64,000 nucleotides of DNA from an uncultured Alphaproteobacteria bacterium (GCA_963829665.1 CAWHJL010000014.1:34981-98980), one strand, 5' to 3'. Numbered from the stretch's first letter, positions 17,283 through 27,101 are shown. Translations and numbers: made by a program. Notes: a model not told the origin generated them from the sequence alone.

Positions 17283-18373
17283 CGCTCGCGAGCGAGGAGG
17301 AACTCGCCGCCGCGATCCGAGCGGCGGACGGCCCTCTGACGATCCGCGGCGGAGGCACGCGAGCGCCGCAGGGCAAGCCCGGAAGCGTGCTTTCGGTCTC
17401 GGGTCTCACCGGAATCACCCTCTACGAGCCCGGCACGCTGACGATGGTCGCGAAGGCAGGCACGCCGATGTCCGAGATCGAGGCCGCGCTCGCGGCGGAG
17501 GGTCAGCGGCTCGCCTTCGAGCCGTGGGATGCGCGCCGCGTTCTCGGCCGCGACGGCGAACCCACGCTCGGCGGCTGCGTGGCCACGAACGCTTCCGGCC
17601 CCCGCCGGATCGTGGCCAATGCCTGCCGCGACGCCGTTCTCGGCCTGCGCTTCGTGGACGGGGAGGGAACCGTCCTGAAATCCGGCGGGCGGGTGATGAA
17701 GAACGTCACCGGGCTCGATCTCGTCCGCCTGCTCTGCGGCAGCCGCGGCACCCTGGGCGCGATCACTGAAGTGTGCCTGAAGCTCCTGCCCGGCGTCGCC
17801 GCGACCGCGACGCTCAGTGCCGAGGGAATGCCGGTCGAGCGTGCGGTCGCCGCGATGTCGGCCGCGCTCGGCACGCCCTTCGAGGTCTCCGGCGCCGCGC
17901 ATGACCCCCAGGCCGGGCAGACCCATCTGCGACTCGAGGGCAGCGAGACCTCGGTAGCCTACCGGTCCGACCGGCTCAAGGACGCGCTCGCCAGGCACGG
18001 AACCTGGGCGGTGACGGAGGGAGAGGGGCCTTGGCCGCGCCTCAGGGATGCCGCCGATCTCGCCGGGGGGGCCGATCTCTGGCGCATCTCGGTCCGGCCC
18101 TCCCGCGCGCCGGAGGTGGCCGGCGTGCTGCCCGGCCGCTTTTTTCTCGACTGGGGCGGCGGGCTGATATGGGCCGAGGCCCCCGCGGGCACCGATCTGC
18201 GCACCTCGCTCCGTCATGTCGGCCACGCGACGCTCGTCCGCGCCGCGCCCTCGACCCACGCCCGGCTCGGCACTTTTCATCCAGAAACCGACGCCGTCGC
18301 CCGCCTGACCGGCGGCCTTCGCGCCAGGTTCGACCCGCGCGGCCTGTTCCGCCCCCGGCCGGTTCCGGCCTAG
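17279..18373 (+). CDS. glcE: glycolate oxidase FAD-binding subunit GlcE
   Basis: ATGA overlap with glcD. VMKNVTGLDLVRLLCGSRGTLGAITEV motif. Confidence 0.85.
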   Translation: MTLASEEELAAAIRAADGPLTIRGGGTRAPQGKPGSVLSVSGLTGITLYEPGTLTMVAKAGTPMSEIEAALAAEGQRLAFEPWDARRVLGRDGEPTLGGCVATNASGPRRIVANACRDAVLGLRFVDGEGTVLKSGGRVMKNVTGLDLVRLLCGSRGTLGAITEVCLKLLPGVAATATLSAEGMPVERAVAAMSAALGTPFEVSGAAHDPQAGQTHLRLEGSETSVAYRSDRLKDALARHGTWAVTEGEGPWPRLRDAADLAGGADLWRISVRPSRAPEVAGVLPGRFFLDWGGGLIWAEAPAGTDLRTSLRHVGHATLVRAAPSTHARLGTFHPETDAVARLTGGLRARFDPRGLFRPRPVPA

Positions 18374-18394
18374 GCCTCCCATTCCGGAGACTCC

Positions 18395-19768
18395 ATGCAG
18401 ACCAGTTTCACCGCCGAGCAGCTCAAGGATCCCGACATCGCGCGGTCCAACGAGGTGCTGCGCGCCTGCGTCCATTGCGGCTTCTGCACGGCCACCTGTC
18501 CCACCTACGCGGTCCTCGGCGAGGAGAACGACAGTCCGCGCGGGCGGATCTACTTGATCAAGGACATGCTTGAGAACGACCGTCCCGCAGACGAGAAGAC
18601 GGTCAAGCATATCGACCGCTGCCTCTCCTGCCTGGCCTGCATGACGACCTGCCCCTCGGGCGTGCACTACATGCATCTTGTCGATCACGCCCGCGTCCAT
18701 ATCGAGCGCACCTATCGCCGTCCGTGGAAGGACCGCGCCATCCGCCAGCTGCTCGCGGCGATCCTTCCCTATCCGGGCCGGTTCCGCCTTGCGCTTCGTG
18801 CCGCGCGCCTCGGGCGGCCGTTCAAGGGCCTCGTGCCCGACAAGCGGCTCGCGGCCATGCTGGACATGGCGCCTGCCAGCGTCCCCCCGCGAAGCGACGT
18901 GGACCGCCCGCAAACGCATCCTGCGGAGGGCAGGCCGCGGATGCGGGTCGCCCTCCTGACCGGCTGCGCGCAATCGACGCTCGATCCCGAGATCAACGCG
19001 GCGACCGTCCGGCTCCTCACGCGTTTCGGCTGCGAGGTGGTCGTGGCCGAGGGGATGGGCTGCTGCGGCGCGCTCGTCCATCACATGGGCAAAGAGAGCG
19101 CGAGCCACACCCAGGCCGCCGCCAATATCCGCGCCTGGCAGAGGCTCAAGCGCGAGGGCGGCCTCGACGCCGTGGTCGTGAACACGTCGGGCTGCGGGAC
19201 GACCGTGAAGGATTACGGCCACATGATGCGGACCACCGACCTCGCCGCCGAGGCGAAGGAAATCAGCGATCTGACACTCGACGTTTCCGAGCTTCTGGAG
19301 CGCCTGCTTCCGGGCAGGGAGCGCCTCCATACGCCGAACGAGGCGGCGGAGGACATTGCCGGGACGGATGCCCGCCACCCGACGGCAGAGGGCGAGGGGC
19401 CGATCCGCGTCGCCTACCACGCGGCCTGCTCGCTGCAACACGGGCAGAAGGTGCGCGCCGCACCGAAGACTCTGCTGGCCCGGGCGGGGTTCGAGGTGGT
19501 GGAACCCGCCGACAGTCATCTCTGCTGCGGCTCCGCAGGAACCTACAACCTCATGCAGCCCGAGATCGCAGGCAAGCTGAAGGACCGCAAGATCCGCACC
19601 ATCGAGGCCAAGCGCCCGCAGGTCGTCGCGGCGGGCAATATCGGCTGCATGACGCAGATCGCCTCGGGAACGGCGCTGCCAGTCCTGCACACGGTGGAGC
19701 TTCTGGACTGGGCGACCGGCGGCCCGCGCCCATCGAAGTTGCCGAAGCGGCTGGCGGAAGCCGGTTGA
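18395..19768 (+). CDS. glcF: glycolate oxidase iron-sulfur subunit GlcF
   Basis: Two 4Fe-4S motifs (CVHCGFCTATCP, CLSCLACMTTCP) and CCG domains (CCGALVHHM, CCGSAGTYN). Confidence 0.9.
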   Translation: MQTSFTAEQLKDPDIARSNEVLRACVHCGFCTATCPTYAVLGEENDSPRGRIYLIKDMLENDRPADEKTVKHIDRCLSCLACMTTCPSGVHYMHLVDHARVHIERTYRRPWKDRAIRQLLAAILPYPGRFRLALRAARLGRPFKGLVPDKRLAAMLDMAPASVPPRSDVDRPQTHPAEGRPRMRVALLTGCAQSTLDPEINAATVRLLTRFGCEVVVAEGMGCCGALVHHMGKESASHTQAAANIRAWQRLKREGGLDAVVVNTSGCGTTVKDYGHMMRTTDLAAEAKEISDLTLDVSELLERLLPGRERLHTPNEAAEDIAGTDARHPTAEGEGPIRVAYHAACSLQHGQKVRAAPKTLLARAGFEVVEPADSHLCCGSAGTYNLMQPEIAGKLKDRKIRTIEAKRPQVVAAGNIGCMTQIASGTALPVLHTVELLDWATGGPRPSKLPKRLAEAG

Positions 19769-19781
19769 TCCGCGGCGGTCT

Positions 19782-19817
19782 CGGGAGGCCGGTGGAACGG
19801 CCGGACCCGGCCTCCCG
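19782..19817 (+). terminator. GC-rich stem-loop downstream of glcF (11-bp arms CGGGAGGCCGG / CCGGCCTCCCG, no U-tract)
   Basis: Perfect 11-bp complementary arms read directly, with a 14-nt loop. Confidence 0.4.
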
Positions 19818-19853
19818 CCCGACCCGGAATGCCATCCGGGTCAGTGCCGCTGA

Positions 19854-19871
19854 CCTTATCCGCGGATAAGG
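19854..19871. promoter_or_regulatory. 18-bp perfect palindrome CCTTATCCGCGGATAAGG, candidate operator upstream of the MFS transporter
   Basis: Read directly. It lies 93-110 bp upstream of the ATG at 19964. Confidence 0.5.
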
Positions 19872-19963
19872 ACTCTCGCAGGCGATTTCCGAGTCGCGAG
19901 GAAAACTGCTTGGGCTCCGCGGCTGCGGCGCTCTATCGTCGGGGCGGAGCGAGGGAGGATACC

Positions 19964-21244
19964 ATGTCGGACAAGACGCCGTTTCTCTATGACGGGATGA
20001 AGCTTCCCTTCATCCTGCTGGTCATCTGTTTCGCCGCCTGGGGCGTGGCCGCGAACATGACCGATCCGCTGGTCCAGGTCTTCAGCCGCGTCTTCTCGAT
20101 GAGCGCGCTGCAATCCTCGCTGGTGCAGTTCTCCTATTACGGCGCCTATTTCCTGCTGGCGCTGCCTGCCGCCTTCATCAACCGCCGATTCAGCTACAAG
20201 ACCGGGGTGCTGCTCGGGCTCGGATTGGCGATCCTCGGGGCGTTCCTGTTCTATCCGGCCTCGATCGCCATGACCTACGGCTTCTTCCTCCTGGCGCTCT
20301 TCACTCTTGCCGGGGGGCTGTCGATCCTCGAGACCTCCGCCAACCCCTTCGTCATCGGCATGGGGCCGGAGAGGAACGCCACCCGCCGGCTGAACTTCGC
20401 GCAGGCCTTCAACCCGGTCGGGACCAATATCGGGGTCTTCCTCTCGGCCACGATGATCCTTCCCTATCTCAACACCGCGGCCGACGAGGAGCGCGCGGCG
20501 ATGAGCCAGGCGGAGCTTCTTGCGGTGCGGTCCGACGAGCTGCAGGCGGTGATGGTCCCCTATGTCGGATATGCCTTCGTCATGGTGGCGATCTGGGTCG
20601 CCGTGGCGCTGATCCCGATGCGCGCGCGCGAGGAGGCCGCGGGTCCCGGGCCGATGTCGGCCGGGACCTTCGCGCGGCTGATGTCCAACAGGCATTACGC
20701 CTTCGGGGTCGTGGCACAATTCTTCAACGTGGCGGCGCAGACATGCACCTGGACCTTCACCATCCAGTACGCGGGCGCGGCGCTGGGCATCGAGCCGGGC
20801 CCGGCCGGCTGGTATCTGCAGGCGAGCCTGATCGTCTTCCTGATCTCGCGCTTCGTGATGGTCTGGCTCATGGGATACGTGAGCCCGGCGCTGCTGCTCG
20901 CCATCCTCGCCGTGTCCGGCACGGCGCTGTCGCTCTTCGCGGTGCTGACGCCGACGATCGCCGGGGTCTGGGCGGTGGTGCTCCTCTCCGCCTGCCTGTC
21001 GCTGATGTTCCCGACGATCTACGGCATCGCGCTGGAAGGGCTCGGGGAGGATACCAAGTTCGGAGCCGCCGGTCTCGTCATGGCGATCCTCGGCGGGGCG
21101 CTGATGCCGATGGTGCAGGGGGCCACGATCGACGCCTTCGGAGCGACCTTCTCCTACGTGGTCCCGGCGGCGTGCTTCCTCGTCGTCGCGGCCTACGGCG
21201 TCTTCGACCTGAGTTCGTCGCGCGTCGCGCACCGGCCGGCCTGA
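19964..21244 (+). CDS. MFS sugar transporter, FHS (L-fucose/glucose-galactose permease-like) family
   Basis: GAGGGAGGA RBS. 12 TM segments. N-terminal FILLVICFAAWGVAANMTDPLVQVF pattern typical of FucP-like permeases. Confidence 0.85.
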   Translation: MSDKTPFLYDGMKLPFILLVICFAAWGVAANMTDPLVQVFSRVFSMSALQSSLVQFSYYGAYFLLALPAAFINRRFSYKTGVLLGLGLAILGAFLFYPASIAMTYGFFLLALFTLAGGLSILETSANPFVIGMGPERNATRRLNFAQAFNPVGTNIGVFLSATMILPYLNTAADEERAAMSQAELLAVRSDELQAVMVPYVGYAFVMVAIWVAVALIPMRAREEAAGPGPMSAGTFARLMSNRHYAFGVVAQFFNVAAQTCTWTFTIQYAGAALGIEPGPAGWYLQASLIVFLISRFVMVWLMGYVSPALLLAILAVSGTALSLFAVLTPTIAGVWAVVLLSACLSLMFPTIYGIALEGLGEDTKFGAAGLVMAILGGALMPMVQGATIDAFGATFSYVVPAACFLVVAAYGVFDLSSSRVAHRPA

Positions 21245-21252
21245 ACGGGAGA

Positions 21253-21270
21253 GGGGCCCCGAAGGGCCCC
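21253..21270. terminator. bidirectional hairpin GGGGCCC-CGAA-GGGCCCC between the convergent MFS gene and gabD
   Basis: 7-bp perfect stem with a tetraloop in the 40-bp convergent spacer. Confidence 0.5.
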
Positions 21271-21284
21271 GCCAACGCGGCGGA

Positions 21285-22766
21285 TCAGACGTCCACGTCG
21301 AGACAGACGTACTTCATCTCGAGATATTCATCGATTCCGTGCTTCGAGCCCTCGCGGCCGAGACCGGATTGCTTGACCCCGCCGAAGGGCGCCACCGGCG
21401 TGGAGATGAGGCCCGTATTCACGCCAACGATGCCGTATTCCAGCGCCTCGCTGACCCGCACCACGCGCGAATGGTCCCTGGTGAAGAAGTAGGAGGCGAG
21501 GCCGAAGATCGTGTCGTTGGCAAGCGCCACTCCCTCCTCCTCCGTCTCGAATTTGAAGAGCGGAGCGAGGGGGCCGAAGGTCTCGTCGGTGGAGAAGACC
21601 ATGTCCTGGGTCGCTCCGGTCATGATCGTGGGCTGGAAGAACAGCCCGCCGAGTTCGTGGCGGCCCCCCCCGTAGATCACATCGGCACCCTTCGACTTGG
21701 CGTCGGCGATATGTTCCTCGACCTTCTCGACGGCTTTCTCCTCGATCAGCGGGCCGAAATCAGGATCGTCGAGCCCGTCGCCGACATCCATCTGCGACAC
21801 GCGCTCCTTCAGCTTCTCGGCGAAGGCGTCGTAGATACCGGACTGCACATAGATACGGTTGGCGCAGACACAGGTCTGGCCGGCATTTCGGAACTTGCAG
21901 GAGATGGCGCCCTCCACCGCCTTGTCGAGATCGGCATCGTCGAAGACGAGGAACGGCGCGTTGCCGCCCAGCTCCATCGAGGTCTTCATCACCTGGTCGG
22001 CCGACTGGCGCAGCAGGATGCGGCCGACCTCGGTCGAGCCGGTGAAGGTCAGCTTGCGGACCTTCGGGTTCTCGCAGAATTCCTTGCCGATGCCCGAGGA
22101 ATCGGTCGAGGGCAGGACCGAGAAGACGCCCTTCGGAAGGCCCGCCCGCGTCGCCAGAACGCCGAGCGCCAGCGCCGAGAGCGGTGTCAGCGCCGCCGGG
22201 CGGACCACGAAGGCGCAGCCGGCGGCGAGCGCCGGGCCGGCCTTGCGGGTGATCATCGCGTTGGGGAAGTTCCACGGCGTGATCGCGGCGGCGACGCCCA
22301 CGGGCTGCTTGATGACGTGGATGCGCTTGTCCTTGGCGTGACCGGGAATGATCTCGCCGTAAACGCGCTTCGCCTCCTCGGAATAGAAGTCGATGAACCC
22401 GGCGCCGTAATTGATCTCGCCGCGCAATTCGGTCAGCGGCTTGCCCTGCTCGGCGGTCATGATCTTGGCCAGATCCTCGGCGTTCTCCTTCATCAGGTCG
22501 GCCCATTTGCGCAGGATCGTGCCGCGTTCGCCGGCGGTCATCGCCGCCCATTCCTTCTGCGCGGTCTCGGCCGCATCGATCGCCCGCGCGACGTCCTCGC
22601 GACCGAGATCGGCGACCGTGGCGATCACGTCGCCCCGTGCCGGGTTCTTGACCTCGAAGGTCTCGCCATTGGCCGCATCGGCCCAGTTGCCGCCGAGATA
22701 GGCCTTCCCGGTCAACAGATCGGGATCGGAAAGCATGGATTTCAGATCGGTCGTCGTATCGAGCAT
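21285..22766 (-). CDS. gabD: NAD(P)+-dependent succinate-semialdehyde dehydrogenase
   Basis: Start at MLDTTTDLKS. Aldehyde dehydrogenase motifs ITPWNFP, ELGGNAP, and the catalytic Cys context FRNAGQTCVCANR. GabD-like overall. Confidence 0.9.
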   Translation of the reverse strand: MLDTTTDLKSMLSDPDLLTGKAYLGGNWADAANGETFEVKNPARGDVIATVADLGREDVARAIDAAETAQKEWAAMTAGERGTILRKWADLMKENAEDLAKIMTAEQGKPLTELRGEINYGAGFIDFYSEEAKRVYGEIIPGHAKDKRIHVIKQPVGVAAAITPWNFPNAMITRKAGPALAAGCAFVVRPAALTPLSALALGVLATRAGLPKGVFSVLPSTDSSGIGKEFCENPKVRKLTFTGSTEVGRILLRQSADQVMKTSMELGGNAPFLVFDDADLDKAVEGAISCKFRNAGQTCVCANRIYVQSGIYDAFAEKLKERVSQMDVGDGLDDPDFGPLIEEKAVEKVEEHIADAKSKGADVIYGGGRHELGGLFFQPTIMTGATQDMVFSTDETFGPLAPLFKFETEEEGVALANDTIFGLASYFFTRDHSRVVRVSEALEYGIVGVNTGLISTPVAPFGGVKQSGLGREGSKHGIDEYLEMKYVCLDVDV

Positions 22767-22887
22767 GGTGTGTCCTTTCGGCATCGTCTGGAATGCGACA
22801 TATGTCTGCGGAGCGTCGGTGTCACGCCGCGGGCTCGGTGGTGCGAGCCGTCTTCCGGGCGGTGGCGGTCCCGGGTAGAGATATAGC

Positions 22888-23682
22888 ATGGTCAGCGACG
22901 CCGATTACGACAATTCCGCTGCCGTTCCGGAGGTGGATCACCTGGCTGCCGGGTGGTCCCGGCAGGCCGAGGCCTTTCGGTGCCGCCTTGGCGGTCGGGC
23001 CCGGCTCGCGCTCGCCTACGGTGCGACGTCCCGGGAGAAGGCCGATCTGTTTCTTCCGAAAGGGGAGCCCGCCGGACTCACGATCTACGTTCATGGCGGC
23101 TACTGGCGCTCGCGGCATCGGCACGATTTCTCTCATTTCGCGGCCGGTGCGCTCGCGCGCGGCGATGCCGTCGCCATGCCGTCCTATACGCTCGCCCCGA
23201 ATGCGCGGATCTCGCGGATCACCCTGCAGGTCGCGCGCGCCGTCGCCATGCTCGCGAACGAGGTGCCGCAGGGGCCGATCCGGCTCGTCGGTCATTCCGC
23301 CGGCGGGCATCTCGCTGCCCGGCTCCTCGCTGCGGATGTGATGCTTCCGGCCGCGGTCACCGGTCGGTTGAGCCACGTCATGCCGATCTCCCCGGTCAGC
23401 GACCTGCGGCCGCTTCTCGATCTGTCTGTCAACCGGGACCTCCGGCTGACCCCGGCGGAGGCCGCGAGCGAAAGCCCGGCTCTGCTCCCCCCGGCTCATG
23501 CTGTTCCTGTTACCGTCGTGGTGGGCGGTGCCGAGCTTCCGGCCTTTCTCGACCAGAGCCGCTGGCTGTCCGAGGCCTGGGAGGCGCCCCTGATCGTCCT
23601 CGAGGGGCGCCATCATTTCGATGTGATCGATCCGCTTCTCGCCCCCGACACCGGCCTCGTGCGCCGGCTCTTCGGGGAATGA
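22888..23682 (+). CDS. alpha/beta hydrolase (esterase/arylformamidase-like)
   Basis: HGGYW oxyanion motif and the GHSAGGHL nucleophile elbow. Confidence 0.75.
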   Translation: MVSDADYDNSAAVPEVDHLAAGWSRQAEAFRCRLGGRARLALAYGATSREKADLFLPKGEPAGLTIYVHGGYWRSRHRHDFSHFAAGALARGDAVAMPSYTLAPNARISRITLQVARAVAMLANEVPQGPIRLVGHSAGGHLAARLLAADVMLPAAVTGRLSHVMPISPVSDLRPLLDLSVNRDLRLTPAEAASESPALLPPAHAVPVTVVVGGAELPAFLDQSRWLSEAWEAPLIVLEGRHHFDVIDPLLAPDTGLVRRLFGE

Positions 23683-23685
23683 GGT

Positions 23686-24282
23686 TCAGCAGAGGAAGTC
23701 CTGCACGGCTTCGACCTCGGATTGCGGCACCTCGTGGCCCCCGGGGTGCCAGGCGAGAAGGACGTCGGTCTTCTGGGCGGTGAACCAGTCCGCCAGACCC
23801 TGCGTCATCTCGGGTGGACAGATCGGGTCGGTCCGGCCGGCCGTGATTAGGACGCGCGTCATCGCGAGATCGGGCGCGGGTTCGGGGATCCAGGGAATGA
23901 GCGGGTGCATCAGGGCCAGCGCATCGAAGAGTTCCGGGTGCGCGATCGCGGTCGCGGCGAGAATGTTCGCGCCGTTGGAGAATCCGATTCCGGTCACGTG
24001 GAGAGCCCCGGTGCGATTGGTCTCCGACCGGACGAACTCTGCCATGGCGGCGACGCGCCCAGCCAGATCCGCCATGTCGTAGACGCCCTCGGCATGACGC
24101 CGGAAGAATCGCGGCGCCCCGGCCTCGTCGACGTCTCCCTGCGGGGAGACGACGTGGTGCGCCGGCAGGAAGGTCCGGGCCAGCCCGTGCAGCTGCGCGG
24201 CCTTCGCCCCGGTTCCGTGGAACGTGAGCACCAGTTTCGGGTCTTGTCCGTCGCTGCGCAGGGCGTCGTAGGGCATTCGCAT
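23686..24282 (-). CDS. phospholipase/carboxylesterase family hydrolase (MhqD-like)
   Basis: LTFHGTGA..., the GFSNGAN nucleophile elbow, and C-terminal GGHEV. Confidence 0.75.
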   Translation of the reverse strand: MRMPYDALRSDGQDPKLVLTFHGTGAKAAQLHGLARTFLPAHHVVSPQGDVDEAGAPRFFRRHAEGVYDMADLAGRVAAMAEFVRSETNRTGALHVTGIGFSNGANILAATAIAHPELFDALALMHPLIPWIPEPAPDLAMTRVLITAGRTDPICPPEMTQGLADWFTAQKTDVLLAWHPGGHEVPQSEVEAVQDFLC

Positions 24283-24310
24283 TTCTCCTCGGCGCCTTGC
24301 ATATAGCCGT

Positions 24311-25216
24311 CTAGTCCAATGATGCGAGGCGCTTTTCCAGACGCGCGCGCAGATGGGCGTGCTGGGCGGGCAGCATCAGGGATCGTCCCAGTTCGGTCCG
24401 GTCCTCGTCGCGGTCGAAGCCCGGCTCGTCCGTCGCCACCTCGAAGAGCACGCCTCCCGGGGTCCGGAAGTAGATCGCCCAGAAATAGTCCCGGTCGATC
24501 GGCGGGGTAACGGAGAAGCCCGCCTCCAGCAGCGCCTCCCGGACCTCGAGCTGCTGCGCACGGGTCGCCACCGAGAAGGCCACGTGATGAACGGAACCCG
24601 CGCCCTGAACGGCCGGCGCCGTCTCCGGCCGCACGACAAGATCGACGACGTTCGCGACCCCGTCCGGCCGCACGAAGCGGGTCGCGTCGCCGGCCCGGTC
24701 CGATTCCTCGTACCCCATGAACCGCAGGAGATCGGCGGTCGGCTCGGCCTCGCCGAGGACCGGCGCCACGGAATGGAAACCGCGGATCGCGGCGTCGGCG
24801 GGAACCGGGCCGGAATAGCCCGGGCGCGGATCGTCGGTCTCGACGAGAACCAGCCGGTCGCCGTCCGGCGCGTCGATCGCCACGACCGGGGCGCCGAACG
24901 GATCCCGGCCGACCTCGCGGCCGAGCCGCTCCGCCCAGTATCCTGCCGCGCCTTCCGGGATCGCCAGGCGCACCTCCCCGATCTCTCCCGTGCCGCGGCG
25001 GCCGCGCGCCGCGTCGGGGAAGGGGAAGTAGGTCATGGCCGTGCCCGGCCGGCCCAGCTCGTCGCCGTAATAGAGGTGATAGACCTCCGGCGCGTCGAAG
25101 TTCACCGTCTTCTTCACCCGCCGCAGGCCGAGGGTCCGGGTCCAGAAGCGGTCGATCGCGCGCGCGTCGGACCCGATCGAGGTGACGTGGTGCAGCCCGT
25201 GGATCTGTGTCAGCAT
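24311..25216 (-). CDS. two-domain VOC/glyoxalase-family ring-cleaving dioxygenase (MhqA/MhqO-like)
   Basis: Start at MLTQIHGLHHVT. Repeated HHV(T/A)F modules. YHLYYGD and YFRTPGGVLFE motifs. Confidence 0.8.
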   Translation of the reverse strand: MLTQIHGLHHVTSIGSDARAIDRFWTRTLGLRRVKKTVNFDAPEVYHLYYGDELGRPGTAMTYFPFPDAARGRRGTGEIGEVRLAIPEGAAGYWAERLGREVGRDPFGAPVVAIDAPDGDRLVLVETDDPRPGYSGPVPADAAIRGFHSVAPVLGEAEPTADLLRFMGYEESDRAGDATRFVRPDGVANVVDLVVRPETAPAVQGAGSVHHVAFSVATRAQQLEVREALLEAGFSVTPPIDRDYFWAIYFRTPGGVLFEVATDEPGFDRDEDRTELGRSLMLPAQHAHLRARLEKRLASLD

Positions 25217-25452
25217 GAGCGTCTCCCTGTTTCGATCAGAAATAGGTTTCTCCGGCGTGTTCGAAACGCGGCCCGCAAGACAGTTCGGGTGCGGAAGCGC
25301 ACAGACGGCCTTTCTCGTCGCCATCCGGGATCGGGCCAACCGCGCGCCATATCGCGTCCGGTCCGGGCAACCGTGCTAACCCGTGTCGCGGACCTTTCGA
25401 GCTGCCCTTCGGTGACCTACGTCAGACACATCGCTTCAGAAAGGAACGTGCA

Positions 25453-26106
25453 ATGACCCTGCGCATCAACGAGACGGCGCCCGATTTCACCGCCGAATCG
25501 ACCGAGGGCGAGATCAGCTTCCACCAGTGGATCGGCGATGGCTACGCCATCATCTTCAGTCACCCGAAGGACTTCACGCCGGTCTGCACGACCGAGCTCG
25601 GGGCGATGGCCGGGCTGTCGGAGGAATTCGCAAAGCGGAACGCGAAGATCATCGGCATCTCGGTGGATTCGGTCGAGGATCATCGCAGGTGGAAGTCGGA
25701 CATCAGGACCTACACCGGACACGACGTCGGCTATCCGATGATCGGCGACCCCGAGATGAAGGTGGCCAAGCTCTACGGCATGCTTCCCGCCTCCGACGAG
25801 CGGGTGGAAGGTCGCACGCCGGCCGACAACGCCACCGTGCGGACCGTCTTCATCATCGGGCCGGACAAGAAGGTGAAGATGTCGATGACCTACCCGATGA
25901 CCACGGGGCGGAACTTCGACGAGATCCTGCGGGCGCTCGACTCGATCCAGCTCACCGAGAAGCACAAGGTCGCGACGCCTGCCGGCTGGGTTCAGGGTGG
26001 CGACGTGATCATTACGCCGGCCGTCTCCGACGAGGAGGCGAGGGAGAAGTTCGGAAGCTTCGAGCAGAAGCTGCCTTATCTGCGGACGACGAAGCAGCCC
26101 TCCTGA
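25453..26106 (+). CDS. 1-Cys peroxiredoxin (Prx6-type)
   Basis: FSHPKDFTPVCTTELG peroxidatic Cys motif. AAAGGAA RBS. Confidence 0.9.
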   Translation: MTLRINETAPDFTAESTEGEISFHQWIGDGYAIIFSHPKDFTPVCTTELGAMAGLSEEFAKRNAKIIGISVDSVEDHRRWKSDIRTYTGHDVGYPMIGDPEMKVAKLYGMLPASDERVEGRTPADNATVRTVFIIGPDKKVKMSMTYPMTTGRNFDEILRALDSIQLTEKHKVATPAGWVQGGDVIITPAVSDEEAREKFGSFEQKLPYLRTTKQPS

Positions 26107-26120
26107 TTTCCTCCGGAATT

Positions 26121-26151
26121 CCCGTCGCGCCCCTGTTCCCGGCGCGACGGG
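26121..26151 (+). terminator. stem-loop after the peroxiredoxin gene (CCCGTCGCGCC ... GGCGCGACGGG)
   Basis: 11-bp perfect arms with a 9-nt loop, 15 bp after the stop. No U-tract. Confidence 0.5.
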
Positions 26152-26168
26152 GCGGGTAGGCCCGTCGG

Positions 26169-27101
26169 ATGGACGACAATCTCAAGGGGATCGCGATCGC
26201 GCTGGTCGGCGCGCTCGCACTCGTTCCGGATACGCTCCTCATGCGTCTGTCCGGCCTCGACGCGATGCAGATGATCGCCTGGCGCGGCACCTTGCAGGCG
26301 TTGGTGCTGCTCTCGGCCTGGGCAGTGCTCTCCACCGGGCGGCGGCGGGACCTGTCTCGGCTCGCGACCAGGGCGGGCTGCGCCGCGATGGTCGCCCAGT
26401 CGTTCAACGCGGCCTTCTTCGCCTTCGGGATCGGCCACGCGCCCGTCGCGGTGGTCCTCGTCGCAATTGCCACCGTGCCTCTCTTCGCGTCGCTCATGGG
26501 GGCGGTGTTCCTCACCGACCGGATGGAGAAGGCGACGCTCTCCGCCTCGCTCGTCGTGCTCGCAGGGATCGCGATCGCCGTCAGCGGGGATGTGATGCGT
26601 GAGGCCGGGAGCCCCGCCGTCGGCGCGATCTGCGGCCTCGCGGTCGCGCTCTGCCTGTCCGGCAGCTTCACGCTGTACCGCGCCCAGCCGGAGCTGCCTG
26701 TGCTCCCGACCGTCGGATGCGGCGCGGCGATCTCCGGCCTGGCCGCCGCTCTTTTCGCCGGATCGCTCACCACCACCACGGACGGATGGTTACCGGCGAT
26801 CTGGATCACCGGCCTCGTCATCCTGCCAATTTCCTTCACTTCCCTGAACATCGCGTCGCGCTACACGGTCGCGGCCAATGTCAGCCTGCTCCTGCTTCTC
26901 GAGACGGTCCTGGGTCCGGCCGCCGTGTGGGTCGGGATCGGCGAGCCCGTCGGGCCGCGCGGTCTCCTCGGGGGCGCGATCGTGGTCGCGACGCTGGCGG
27001 TCTATCTCTGGGACCAGCGCCGTCGGACGCTGGCGCGAGTTTGCCCGGCGCTCGCGCCAGATAGCGACGGGTTGGCTGCCCCCGTTCGGGGCCCGAGGTA
27101 G
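26169..27101 (+). CDS. EamA/DMT-family transporter
   Basis: Ten hydrophobic segments in a duplicated EamA-like arrangement. Confidence 0.8.
   Translation: MDDNLKGIAIALVGALALVPDTLLMRLSGLDAMQMIAWRGTLQALVLLSAWAVLSTGRRRDLSRLATRAGCAAMVAQSFNAAFFAFGIGHAPVAVVLVAIATVPLFASLMGAVFLTDRMEKATLSASLVVLAGIAIAVSGDVMREAGSPAVGAICGLAVALCLSGSFTLYRAQPELPVLPTVGCGAAISGLAAALFAGSLTTTTDGWLPAIWITGLVILPISFTSLNIASRYTVAANVSLLLLLETVLGPAAVWVGIGEPVGPRGLLGGAIVVATLAVYLWDQRRRTLARVCPALAPDSDGLAAPVRGPR

Noticed and set aside
16949-19690. 913-aa minus-strand ORF
   Set aside because: It is antisense to glcD, glcE and glcF, and has no motifs. It is a high-GC shadow ORF.
22797-22806. 10-bp palindrome GACATATGTC in the gabD / hydrolase divergent spacer
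   Set aside because: It is short enough to occur by chance. I have no supporting second site or conservation information.
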